Made by a program: the position numbers and the translations under genes
Notes under the pieces: model-generated
Seen by the model: the letters and a program-made list of their open reading frames with translations, nothing else
What the model was told of the DNA's origin: nothing
Database searches by the model: none
Assembly (NCBI RefSeq): GCF_009914755.1
Contig: NC_060927.1
DNA length: 64,000 bases
Reading direction: 5' to 3' (one strand)
Source of the DNA: the human T2T-CHM13v2.0 reference genome, Homo sapiens
Part shown: piece by piece, positions 1 through 11,700 of the stretch
Position numbering within the stretch: position 1 is the stretch's first letter
How the letters are laid out: each line of letters starts with the position of its first letter

Positions 1-51
1 ACCACAAAAAGAAGTTACTGAGAATTCTTCTGTCTAGCATTATATGAAAAA

Positions 52-68
52 TCCCGTTTCCAACGAAG
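52..68 (-). promoter_or_regulatory. CENP-B box 1 (intact; repeated in every HOR copy)
   Basis: TCCCGTTTCCAACGAAG is the reverse complement of the canonical CTTCGTTGGAAACGGGA. Confidence 0.97.
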
Positions 69-309
69 GCCACAAAGAGGTCCAAATATCCACTTGCAGA
101 TTCTGCAAAAAGAGTGTTTCCAAACTGCTCTATGAAAAGAAACGTTAAACTCTGTGAGTTGAACGCAAACATCACAAAGTAGTTTCTGAGAATGACTCCG
201 TCTAGTTTTTATACGAAGATATTTCCTTTCCTACCATTCACTTCAAAGCGCTTGAAGTCTCCCCCTGAAAATTCCACAAAAAGTGTTTCCAATCTGCTCC
301 GCCTAAAGG

Positions 310-315
310 AAGCTT
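310..315. other. HindIII site, apparently unique per HOR (would release a 2.9 kb band)
   Basis: AAGCTT within GGAAGCTTCAAC, recurring once per unit. No second site was seen in the unit. Confidence 0.9.
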
Positions 316-388
316 CAACTCTGTGACTTGAATACCCACAACCCAAAGAAGTTACTGAGAATTCTTCTGTCTAGCATTATATGAAAAA

Positions 389-405
389 TCCCGTTTCCAA
401 CGAAG
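389..405 (-). promoter_or_regulatory. CENP-B box 2 (intact)
   Basis: TCCCGTTTCCAACGAAG, a perfect canonical match. Confidence 0.97.
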
Positions 406-727
406 GCCTCAAATACATCCAAATATCCAGTTGCTGACTTTACAAACTGAGTGTTTCCAAACTGCTCTATGAAAAGAAAGGTTAAACACTGTGAGTTGAA
501 CACACACGTACCAAAGTAGTTTCTGAGAATGATTCTGTCTAGTTTGCATACGAAGATATTTCCTTTTCTACCATTGGCCTCAAAGCTCTGAAATCTCCAC
601 TTGCAAATTCCACAAAAAGAGAGTTTCAAATCTGCTGTTTCTAAAGGAAAGTTCAACTCTGAGAGTTGAATACACACCAGAAAAAGCAGTTACTGAGAAG
701 TCTTCTGTCTAGCATTATATGAAGAAA

Positions 728-744
728 TCCCATTTCCAACGAAG
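728..744 (-). promoter_or_regulatory. CENP-B box 3, degenerate and predicted non-binding
   Basis: TCCCATTTCCAACGAAG, minus strand CTTCGTTGGAAATGGGA. The essential CGGG of NTTCGNNNNANNCGGGN has become TGGG. Same state in all copies read. Confidence 0.9.
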
Positions 745-1068
745 ACTTCAAAGAGGTCCAAATATCCACTTGCAGATTCTGCAAAAAGAGTGTTTCGAAA
801 CAACTCTATGAAAAGAAAGGTTAAACACTGTGAGTTGAACGCACACATTGCAAAGCAGTTTCTGAGAATGATTCCGTCTAATTATTATACGAAGGTATTT
901 CCTTTTCTATCATTGGCCTCAAAGCGCTTGATACCTCCACCTGAAAATTCCACAAAAAGAGTGTTTCCAATCTACTCTGTCTAAAGGAACGTTCAACTCT
1001 GTGAGTTGAATACACACACACTAAAAGAATTCACTGAGAATTCTTCTGTCTGGCATTACATGAAGAAA

Positions 1069-1085
1069 TCCCGTTTCCAACGAAG
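1069..1085 (-). promoter_or_regulatory. CENP-B box 4 (intact)
   Basis: TCCCGTTTCCAACGAAG. Confidence 0.97.
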
Positions 1086-1239
1086 GCCTCAAAGAGGTCC
1101 AAATATCCACTTGCAGATTCTGCAAAAAGAGTGTTTCAAAACCGCTCCATTAAAAGGAATGTTGAACTCTGTGAGTTGAATGCAAACATCACAACTCAGT
1201 TGCTGAGAATGCTTCTGACTAGATTTTATGGTAAGATAT

Positions 1240-1256
1240 TTCCTTTTCTACCGTAG
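1240..1256 (-). promoter_or_regulatory. pJalpha/A-box-like motif in an A-type monomer
   Basis: TTCCTTTTCTACCGTAG, minus strand CTACGGTAGAAAAGGAA, one mismatch from the recalled pJalpha consensus CTAYGGTGRAAAAGGAA. It occupies the position homologous to the CENP-B box. Other box-less monomers carry more diverged versions (GATATTTCCTTTT...). Confidence 0.65.
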
Positions 1257-1582
1257 GCTTCAATGCCCTCTAAATACACCCTTGCAAATTCTACAAAGAG
1301 ACTGTTTCATAACTGCTCTATAGGAAGAAAGGTTCAACTCTGTGAGTTGAATGCAGAGATCACAACGTGGTTTCTGCGAATGATTCTTTGTAGTTTTTAC
1401 ATGAAGATATTTCGTTGTCAACCGTAGGCTTCAAAGCACTCAAAGTATTCACTTGGAACTTTTACAAAAAGAGTGTTAGAAAACTGCTCTTTCCAAAGTA
1501 AGGTTCAACTCTGTGAGTTGAATGCACACATAACAATCAAGAAGTTTCTGAGAATTCTTCTGTCCTGGTTTATATGAAGAAA

Positions 1583-1599
1583 TCCCGTTTCCAACGAAG
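1583..1599 (-). promoter_or_regulatory. CENP-B box 5 (intact)
   Basis: TCCCGTTTCCAACGAAG, 514 bp (three monomers) after box 4. Confidence 0.97.
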
Positions 1600-1920
1600 G
1601 CCTCAAAGACGTTTAAATATCCACTTGCAGACTTCACAAACAGAGGGTTTCCAAACTGCTCTATGAAAAAAAAGGTTAAACTCTGTCAGTTGAACGCACA
1701 CATCACAAAGTAGCTTCTGAGAATGATACTGTCTAGTTTTTATACGAAGATATTTCCTTTCTACCATTGGCGTCAAAGCGCTAGAATTCTCCACTTGCAA
1801 ATTCCACAAAAAGAGTGTTTCCAATCTGCTCTGTCTAAAGGAAGGTTCAACTCTGTGAGTTGAATACACACACACAAAGAAGCTACTGAGAATTCTTTTG
1901 TCAAGAATTACAAGAAGAAA

Positions 1921-1937
1921 TCCCGTTTCCAACGAAG
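1921..1937 (-). promoter_or_regulatory. CENP-B box 6 (intact)
   Basis: TCCCGTTTCCAACGAAG. Confidence 0.97.
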
Positions 1938-2261
1938 GCCTCAAAGAGTTCCAAATATCCACTTGCACACTGCACAAACTAAGTCTTTCCAAACTGCTCT
2001 ATGCAAAGAAATGTTCAACTCTGTGAGTTTAATACGCACATCACAAAGCAGTTTCTGAGAATGATACTGTCTAGTTTTTATACGAAGATATTTCCTTTTG
2101 TACCATTGGCCTCATACTGCTAGAATTTTCCACTTGCAAATTCCACAAAAAGAGTGTTTCCAATCCGCTCTGTCTAAAGGAAGGTTCAACTCTCTGATTT
2201 GAATACATACATCCCAAAAGAAGTTCCTGAGAATTCTTCTGTCTAGCATTATGTGAAGAAA

Positions 2262-2278
2262 TCCCGTTTCCAACGAAA
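2262..2278 (-). promoter_or_regulatory. CENP-B box 7 (intact, TTTCG variant)
   Basis: TCCCGTTTCCAACGAAA, minus strand TTTCGTTGGAAACGGGA. All 9 essential bases are present. Confidence 0.95.
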
Positions 2279-2602
2279 GCCTCAAAGAGGTCCAAATATC
2301 CAGTTGCAGAATTTACAAACTGACTGTTTCCAAACTCATCTATGAAAAGAAAGGTTAAACTCTGGGAGTTGAATGCACATATCACAAAGTAGTTCCTGAG
2401 AATGATTCTGTCTAGTTTTCATACGAAGATATTTCCTTTTCCACCAATGGCCTCAAAGTGCTTGAAATCTCCCCTTGCAAATTCCACAGACAAGTGTTTC
2501 AAATCTGCACTGTCTAAAGGAAGGTTCAACCCTGTGAGTTGAATACACACACACAGAAAAAAATTCACTGAGAATTCTATTGTCTATCATTACACGAAGA
2601 AA

Positions 2603-2619
2603 TCCCGTTTACTACGAAG
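2603..2619 (-). promoter_or_regulatory. CENP-B box 8 (variant spacer, essential bases kept)
   Basis: TCCCGTTTACTACGAAG, minus strand CTTCGTAGTAAACGGGA. Both changes fall in N positions of NTTCGNNNNANNCGGGN. Confidence 0.88.
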
Positions 2620-2890
2620 GCCTCAAAGAGGTCCAAATATCCAGCTGCAGACATTACAAACTGAGTGTTTCCAAAGTGCTCTATGAAAAGAAGTGTTAAA
2701 CACTGTGAGTTCAATGCACACATCCCAAAGCAGTTTCTGAGAATGATTCCGTCTATTTTTTCTACGAAGATATTTCCTTTTCTGCCGTTGGCCTCAAAGC
2801 GCTTGAAATCTCCACTTGCAAATTCCACAAAAAGAGAGTTTCAAATCTGCTCTGTCTAAAGGAAGGTTCAACTCTGTGAGTTGAATACAC

Positions 2891-5781
2891 ACCACAAAAA
2901 GAAGTTACTGAGAATTCTTCTGTCTAGCATTATATGAAAAATCCCGTTTCCAACGAAGGCCACAAAGAGGTCCAAATATCCACTTGCAGATTCTGCAAAA
3001 AGAGTGTTTCCAAACTGCTCTATGAAAAGAAACGTTAAACTCTGTGAGTTGAACGCAAACATCACAAAGTAGTTTCTGAGAATGACTCCGTCTAGTTTTT
3101 ATACGAAGATATTTCCTTTCCTACCATTCACTTCAAAGCGCTTGAAGTCTCCCCCTGAAAATTCCACAAAAAGTGTTTCCAATCTGCTCCGCCTAAAGGA
3201 AGCTTCAACTCTGTGACTTGAATACCCACAACCCAAAGAAGTTACTGAGAATTCTTCTGTCTAGCATTATATGAAGAAATCCCGTTTCCAACGAAGGCCT
3301 CAAATACATCCAAATATCCAGTTGCTGACTTTACAAACTGAGTGTTTCCAAACTGCTCTATGAAAAGAAAGGTTAAACACTGTGAGTTGAACACACACGT
3401 ACCAAAGTAGTTTCTGAGAATGATTCTGTCTAGTTTGCATACGAAGATATTTCCTTTTCTACCATTGGCCTCAAAGCTCTGAAATCTCCACTTGCAAATT
3501 CCACAAAAAGAGAGTTTCAAATCTGCTGTTTCTAAAGGAAAGTTCAACTCTGAGAGTTGAATACACACCAGAAAAAGCAGTTACTGAGAAGTCTTCTGTC
3601 TAGCATTATATGAAGAAATCCCATTTCCAACGAAGACTTCAAAGAGGTCCAAATATCCACTTGCAGATTCTGCAAAAAGAGTGTTTCGAAACAACTGTAT
3701 GAAAAGAAAGGTTAAACACTGTGAGTTGAACGCACACATTGCAAAGCAGTTTCTGAGAATGATTCCGTCTAATTATTATACGAAGGTATTTCCTTTTCTA
3801 TCATTGGCCTCAAAGCGCTTGATACCTCCACCTGAAAATTCCACAAAAAGAGTGTTTCCAATCTACTCTGTCTAAAGGAACGTTCAACTCTGTGAGTTGA
3901 ATACACACACACTAAAAGAATTCACTGAGAATTCTTCTGTCTGGCATTACATGAAGAAATCCCGTTTCCAACGAAGGCCTCAAAGAGGTCCAAATATCCA
4001 CTTGCAGATTCTGCAAAAAGAGTGTTTCAAAACCGCTCCATTAAAAGGAATGTTGAACTCTGTGAGTTGAATGCAAACATCACAACTCAGTTGCTGAGAA
4101 TGCTTCTGACTAGATTTTATGGTAAGATATTTCCTTTTCTACCGTAGGCTTCAATGCCCTCTAAATACACCCTTGCAAATTCTACAAAGAGACTGTTTCA
4201 TAACTGCTCTATAGGAAGAAAGGTTCAACTCTGTGAGTTGAATGCAGAGATCACAACGTGGTTTCTGCGAATGATTCTTTGTAGTTTTTACATGAAGATA
4301 TTTCGTTGTCAACCGTAGGCTTCAAAGCACTCAAAGTATTCACTTGGAACTTTTACAAAAAGAGTGTTAGAAAACTGCTCTTTCCAAAGTAAGGTTCAAC
4401 TCTGTGAGTTGAATGCACACATAACAATCAAGAAGTTTCTGAGAATTCTTCTGTCCTGGTTTATATGAAGAAATCCCGTTTCCAACGAAGGCCTCAAAGA
4501 CGTTTAAATATCCACTTGCAGACTTCACAAACAGAGGGTTTCCAAACTGCTCTATGAAAAAAAAGGTTAAACTCTGTCAGTTGAACGCACACATCACAAA
4601 GTAGCTTCTGAGAATGATACTGTCTAGTTTTTATACGAAGATATTTCCTTTCTACCATTGGCGTCAAAGCGCTAGAATTCTCCACTTGCAAATTCCACAA
4701 AAAGAGTGTTTCCAATCTGCTCTGTCTAAAGGAAGGTTCAACTCTGTGAGTTGAATACACACACACAAAGAAGCTACTGAGAATTCTTTTGTCAAGAATT
4801 ACAAGAAGAAATCCCGTTTCCAACGAAGGCCTCAAAGAGTTCCAAATATCCACTTGCACACTGCACAAACTAAGTCTTTCCAAACTGCTCTATGCAAAGA
4901 AATGTTCAACTCTGTGAGTTTAATACGCACATCACAAAGCAGTTTCTGAGAATGATACTGTCTAGTTTTTATACGAAGATATTTCCTTTTGTACCATTGG
5001 CCTCATACTGCTAGAATTTTCCACTTGCAAATTCCACAAAAAGAGTGTTTCCAATCCGCTCTGTCTAAAGGAAGGTTCAACTCTCTGATTTGAATACATA
5101 CATCCCAAAAGAAGTTCCTGAGAATTCTTCTGTCTAGCATTATGTGAAGAAATCCCGTTTCCAACGAAAGCCTCAAAGAGGTCCAAATATCCAGTTGCAG
5201 AATTTACAAACTGACTGTTTCCAAACTCATCTATGAAAAGAAAGGTTAAACTCTGGGAGTTGAATGCACATATCACAAAGTAGTTCCTGAGAATGATTCT
5301 GTCTAGTTTTCATACGAAGATATTTCCTTTTCCACCAATGGCCTCAAAGTGCTTGAAATCTCCCCTTGCAAATTCCACAGACAAGTGTTTCAAATCTGCA
5401 CTGTCTAAAGGAAGGTTCAACCCTGTGAGTTGAATACACACACACAGAAAAAAATTCACTGAGAATTCTATTGTCTATCATTACACGAAGAAATCCCGTT
5501 TACTACGAAGGCCTCAAAGAGGTCCAAATATCCAGCTGCAGACATTACAAACTGAGTGTTTCCAAAGTGCTCTATGAAAAGAAGTGTTAAACACTGTGAG
5601 TTCAATGCACACATCCCAAAGCAGTTTCTGAGAATGATTCCGTCTATTTTTTCTACGAAGATATTTCCTTTTCTGCCGTTGGCCTCAAAGCGCTTGAAAT
5701 CTCCACTTGCAAATTCCACAAAAAGAGAGTTTCAAATCTGCTCTGTCTAAAGGAAGGTTCAACTCTGTGAGTTGAATACAC
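2891..5781 (-). repeat. HOR copy U2, first canonical-length 2,891 bp unit (U3-U22 follow at +2,891 steps)
   Basis: Same monomer order as U1. It has ATGAAGAAATCCC at the second box, where U1 has ATGAAAAATCCC. Confidence 0.97.
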
Positions 5782-8700
5782 ACCACAAAAAGAAGTTACT
5801 GAGAATTCTTCTGTCTAGCATTATATGAAAAATCCCGTTTCCAACGAAGGCCACAAAGAGGTCCAAATATCCACTTGCAGATTCTGCAAAAAGAGTGTTT
5901 CCAAACTGCTCTATGAAAAGAAACGTTAAACTCTGTGAGTTGAACGCAAACATCACAAAGTAGTTTCTGAGAATGACTCCGTCTAGTTTTTATACGAAGA
6001 TATTTCCTTTCCTACCATTCACTTCAAAGCGCTTGAAGTCTCCCCCTGAAAATTCCACAAAAAGTGTTTCCAATCTGCTCCGCCTAAAGGAAGCTTCAAC
6101 TCTGTGACTTGAATACCCACAACCCAAAGAAGTTACTGAGAATTCTTCTGTCTAGCATTATATGAAGAAATCCCGTTTCCAACGAAGGCCTCAAATACAT
6201 CCAAATATCCAGTTGCTGACTTTACAAACTGAGTGTTTCCAAACTGCTCTATGAAAAGAAAGGTTAAACACTGTGAGTTGAACACACACGTACCAAAGTA
6301 GTTTCTGAGAATGATTCTGTCTAGTTTGCATACGAAGATATTTCCTTTTCTACCATTGGCCTCAAAGCTCTGAAATCTCCACTTGCAAATTCCACAAAAA
6401 GAGAGTTTCAAATCTGCTGTTTCTAAAGGAAAGTTCAACTCTGAGAGTTGAATACACACCAGAAAAAGCAGTTACTGAGAAGTCTTCTGTCTAGCATTAT
6501 ATGAAGAAATCCCATTTCCAACGAAGACTTCAAAGAGGTCCAAATATCCACTTGCAGATTCTGCAAAAAGAGTGTTTCGAAACAACTGTATGAAAAGAAA
6601 GGTTAAACACTGTGAGTTGAACGCACACATTGCAAAGCAGTTTCTGAGAATGATTCCGTCTAATTATTATACGAAGGTATTTCCTTTTCTATCATTGGCC
6701 TCAAAGCGCTTGATACCTCCACCTGAAAATTCCACAAAAAGAGTGTTTCCAATCTACTCTGTCTAAAGGAACGTTCAACTCTGTGAGTTGAATACACACA
6801 CACAGAAAGAATTCACTGAGAATTCTTCTGTCTGGCATTACATGAAGAAATCCCGTTTCCAACGAAGGCCTCAAAGAGGTCCAAATATCCACTTGCAGAT
6901 TCTGCAAAAAGAGTGTTTCAAAACCGCTCCATTAAAAGGAATGTTGAACTCTGTGAGTTGAATGCAAACATCACAACTCAGTTGCTGAGAATGCTTCTGA
7001 CTAGATTTTATGGTAAGATATTTCCTTTTCTACCGTAGGCTTCAATGCCCTCTAAATACACCCTTGCAAATTCTACAAAGAGACTGTTTCATAACTGCTC
7101 TATAGGAAGAAAGGTTCAACTCTGTGAGTTGAATGCAGAGATCACAACGTGGTTTCTGCGAATGATTCTTTGTAGTTTTTACATGAAGATATTTCGTTGT
7201 CAACCGTAGGCTTCAAAGCACTCAAAGTATTCACTTGGAACTTTTACAAAAAGAGTGTTAGAAAACTGCTCTTTCCAAAGTAAGGTTCAACTCTGTGAGT
7301 TGAATGCACACATAACAATCAAGAAGTTTCTGAGAATTCTTCTGTCCTGGTTTATATGAAGAAATCCCGTTTCCAACGAAGGCCTCAAAGACGTTTAAAT
7401 ATCCACTTGCAGACTTCACAAACAGAGGGTTTCCAAACTGCTCTATGAAAAGAAAGGTTAAACTCTGTGAGTTGAACGCACACATCACAAAGTAGCTTCT
7501 GAGAATGATACTGTCTAGTTTTTATACGAAGATATTTCCTTTCTACCATTGGCGTCAAAGCGCTAGAATTCTCCGCTTGCAAATTCCACAAAAAGAGTGT
7601 TTCCAATCTGCTCTGTCTAAAGGAAGGTTCAACTCTGTGAGTTGAATACACACACACAAAGAAGCTACTGAGAATTCTTTTGTCAAGAATTATAAGAAGA
7701 AATCCCGTTTCCAACGAAGGCCTCAAAGAGTTCCAAATATCCACTTGCACACTGCACAAACTAAGTCTTTCCAAACTGCTCTATGCAAAGAAATGTTCAA
7801 CTCTGTGAGTTTAATACACACATCACAAAGCAGTTTCTGAGAATGATACTGTCTAGTTTTTATACGAAGATATTTCCTTTTGTACCATTGGCCTCATACT
7901 GCTAGAATTTTCCACTTGCAAATTCCACAAAAAGAGTGTTTCCAATCCGCTCTGTCTAAAGGAAGGTTCAACTCTCTGATTTGAATACATACATCCCAAA
8001 AGAAGTTACTGAGAATTCTTCTGTCTAGCATTATGTGAAGAAATCCCGTTTCCAACGAAAGCCTCAAAGAGGTCCAAATATCCAGTTGCAGAATTTACAA
8101 ACTGACTGTTTCCAAACTCATCTATGAAAAGAAAGGTTAAACTCTGGGAGTTGAATGCACATATCACAAAGTAGTTCCTGAGAATGATTCTGTCTAGTTT
8201 TCATACGAAGATATTTCCTTTTCCACCAATGGCCTCAAAGTGCTTGAAATCTCCCCTTGCAAATTCCACAGACAAGTGTCTCAAATCTGCACTGTCTAAA
8301 GGAAGGTTCAACCCTGTGAGTTGAATACACACACACAGAAAAAAATTCACTGAGAATTCTATTGTCTATCATTACACGAAGAAATCCCGTTTACTACGAA
8401 GGCCTCAAAGAGGTCCAAATATCCAGCTGCAGACATTGCAAACTGAGTGTTTCCAAAGTGCTCTATGAAAAGAAGTGTTAAACACTGTGAGTTCAATGCA
8501 CACATCCCAAAGCAGTTTCTGAGAATGATTCCGTCTATTTTTTCTACGAAGATATTTCCTTTTCTGCCGTTGGCCTCAAAGCGCTTGAAATCTCCACTTG
8601 CAAATTCCACAAAAAGAGAGTTTCAAATCTGCTCTGTCTAAAGGAAGGTTCAACTCTGTGAGTTGAATACACACCACAAAAAGAAGTTACTGAGAATTCT

Positions 8701-11700
8701 TCTGTCTAGCATTATATGAAAAATCCCGTTTCCAACGAAGGCCACAAAGAGGTCCAAATATCCACTTGCAGATTCTGCAAAAAGAGTGTTTCCAAACTGC
8801 TCTATGAAAAGAAACGTTAAACTCTGTGAGTTGAACGCAAACATCACAAAGTAGTTTCTGAGAATGACTCCGTCTAGTTTTTATACGAAGATATTTCCTT
8901 TCCTACCATTCACTTCAAAGCGCTTGAAGTCTCCCCCTGAAAATTCCACAAAAAGTGTTTCCAATCTGCTCCGCCTAAAGGAAGCTTCAACTCTGTGACT
9001 TGAATACCCACAACCCAAAGAAGTTACTGAGAATTCTTCTGTCTAGCATTATATGAAGAAATCCCGTTTCCAACGAAGGCCTCAAATACATCCAAATATC
9101 CAGTTGCTGACTTTACAAACTGAGTGTTTCCAAACTGCTCTATGAAAAGAAAGGTTAAACACTGTGAGTTGAACACACACGTACCAAAGTAGTTTCTGAG
9201 AATGATTCTGTCTAGTTTGCATACGAAGATATTTCCTTTTCTACCATTGGCCTCAAAGCTCTGAAATCTCCACTTGCAAATTCCACAAAAAGAGAGTTTC
9301 AAATCTGCTGTTTCTAAAGGAAAGTTCAACTCTGAGAGTTGAATACACACCAGAAAAAGCAGTTACTGAGAAGTCTTCTGTCTAGCATTATATGAAGAAA
9401 TCCCATTTCCAACGAAGACTTCAAAGAGGTCCAAATATCCACTTGCAGATTCTGCAAAAAGAGTGTTTCGAAACAACTGTATGAAAAGAAAGGTTAAACA
9501 CTGTGAGTTGAACGCACACATTGCAAAGCAGTTTCTGAGAATGATTCCGTCTAATTATTATACGAAGGTATTTCCTTTTCTATCATTGGCCTCAAAGCGC
9601 TTGATACCTCCACCTGAAAATTCCACAAAAAGAGTGTTTCCAATCTACTCTGTCTAAAGGAACGTTCAACTCTGTGAGTTGAATACACACACACAGAAAG
9701 AATTCACTGAGAATTCTTCTGTCTGGCATTACATGAAGAAATCCCGTTTCCAACGAAGGCCTCAAAGAGGTCCAAATATCCACTTGCAGATTCTGCAAAA
9801 AGAGTGTTTCAAAACCGCTCCATTAAAAGGAATGTTGAACTCTGTGAGTTGAATGCAAACATCACAACTCAGTTGCTGAGAATGCTTCTGACTAGATTTT
9901 ATGGTAAGATATTTCCTTTTCTACCGTAGGCTTCAATGCCCTCTAAATACACCCTTGCAAATTCTACAAAGAGACTGTTTCATAACTGCTCTATAGGAAG
10001 AAAGGTTCAACTCTGTGAGTTGAATGCAGAGATCACAACGTGGTTTCTGCGAATGATTCTTTGTAGTTTTTACATGAAGATATTTCGTTGTCAACCGTAG
10101 GCTTCAAAGCACTCAAAGTATTCACTTGGAACTTTTACAAAAAGAGTGTTAGAAAACTGCTCTTTCCAAAGTAAGGTTCAACTCTGTGAGTTGAATGCAC
10201 ACATAACAATCAAGAAGTTTCTGAGAATTCTTCTGTCCTGGTTTATATGAAGAAATCCCGTTTCCAACGAAGGCCTCAAAGACGTTTAAATATCCACTTG
10301 CAGACTTCACAAACAGAGGGTTTCCAAACTGCTCTATGAAAAGAAAGGTTAAACTCTGTCAGTTGAACGCACACATCACAAAGTAGCTTCTGAGAATGAT
10401 ACTGTCTAGTTTTTATACGAAGATATTTCCTTTCTACCATTGGCGTCAAAGCGCTAGAATTCTCCACTTGCAAATTCCACAAAAAGAGTGTTTCCAATCT
10501 GCTCTGTCTAAAGGAAGGTTCAACTGTGTGAGTTGAATACACACACACAAAGAAGCTACTGAGAATTCTTTTGTCAAGAATTACAAGAAGAAATCCCGTT
10601 TCCAACGAAGGCCTCAAAGAGTTCCAAATATCCACTTGCACACTGCACAAACTAAGTCTTTCCAAACTGCTCTATGCAAAGAAATGTTCAACTCTGTGAG
10701 TTTAATACGCACATCACAAAGCAGTTTCTGAGAATGATACTGTCTAGTTTTTATACGAAGATATTTCCTTTTGTACCATTGGCCTCATACTGCTAGAATT
10801 TTCCACTTGCAAATTCCACAAAAAGAGTGTTTCCAATCCGCTCTGTCTAAAGGAAGGTTCAACTCTCTGATTTGAATACATACATCCCAAAAGAAGTTCC
10901 TGAGAATTCTTCTGTCTAGCATTATGTGAAGAAATCCCGTTTCCAACGAAAGCCTCAAAGAGGTCCAAATATCCAGTTGCAGAATTTACAAACTGACTGT
11001 TTCCAAACTCATCTATGAAAAGAAAGGTTAAACTCTGGGAGTTGAATGCACATATCACAAAGTAGTTCCTGAGAATGATTCTGTCTAGTTTTCATACGAA
11101 GATATTTCCTTTTCCACCAATGGCCTCAAAGTGCTTGAAATCTCCCCTTGCAAATTCCACAGACAAGTGTCTCAAATCTGCACTGTCTAAAGGAAGGTTC
11201 AACCCTGTGAGTTGAATACACACACACAGAAAAAAATTCACTGAGAATTCTATTGTCTATCATTACACGAAGAAATCCCGTTTACTACGAAGGCCTCAAA
11301 GAGGTCCAAATATCCAGCTGCAGACATTGCAAACTGAGTGTTTCCAAAGTGCTCTATGAAAAGAAGTGTTAAACACTGTGAGTTCAATGCACACATCCCA
11401 AAGCAGTTTCTGAGAATGATTCCGTCTATTTTTTCTACGAAGATATTTCCTTTTCTGCCGTTGGCCTCAAAGCGCTTGAAATCTCCACTTGCAAATTCCA
11501 CAAAAAGAGAGTTTCAAATCTGCTCTGTCTAAAGGAAGGTTCAACTCTGTGAGTTGAATACACACCACAAAAAGAAGTTACTGAGAATTCTTCTGTCTAG
11601 CATTATATGAAAAATCCCGTTTCCAACGAAGGCCACAAAGAGGTCCAAATATCCACTTGCAGATTCTGCAAAAAGAGTGTTTCCAAACTGCTCTATGAAA

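Larger units (their letters stand above)
1..2890 (-). repeat. HOR copy U1, resolved into 17 alphoid monomers
   Basis: The anchor TGAGAA(T/G)/TGCGAAT occurs at 19, 187, 356, 524, 694, 863, 1035, 1204, 1375, 1549, 1718, 1887, 2056, 2228, 2397, 2569 and 2738, then 2909 in the next copy. That gives 17 intervals of 168-174 bp summing to 2,890. Confidence 0.97.

Noticed and set aside
312-333. Inverted repeat TTCAAC-TCTGTGA-GTTGAA (variant here) in most monomers, a potential hairpin or terminator
   Set aside because: This is a standard dyad of the alpha-satellite consensus. It is not specific to this locus and there is no transcription unit for it to terminate.
1012-1021. Short (CA)n runs such as TACACACACAC
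   Set aside because: Only 4-5 units long, part of the monomer sequence and length-invariant between copies. Not independent microsatellites.
22-2577. EcoRI sites at roughly 340 bp spacing
   Set aside because: An expected property of dimeric SF1-type alphoid DNA. It supports the family call but is not a new finding.
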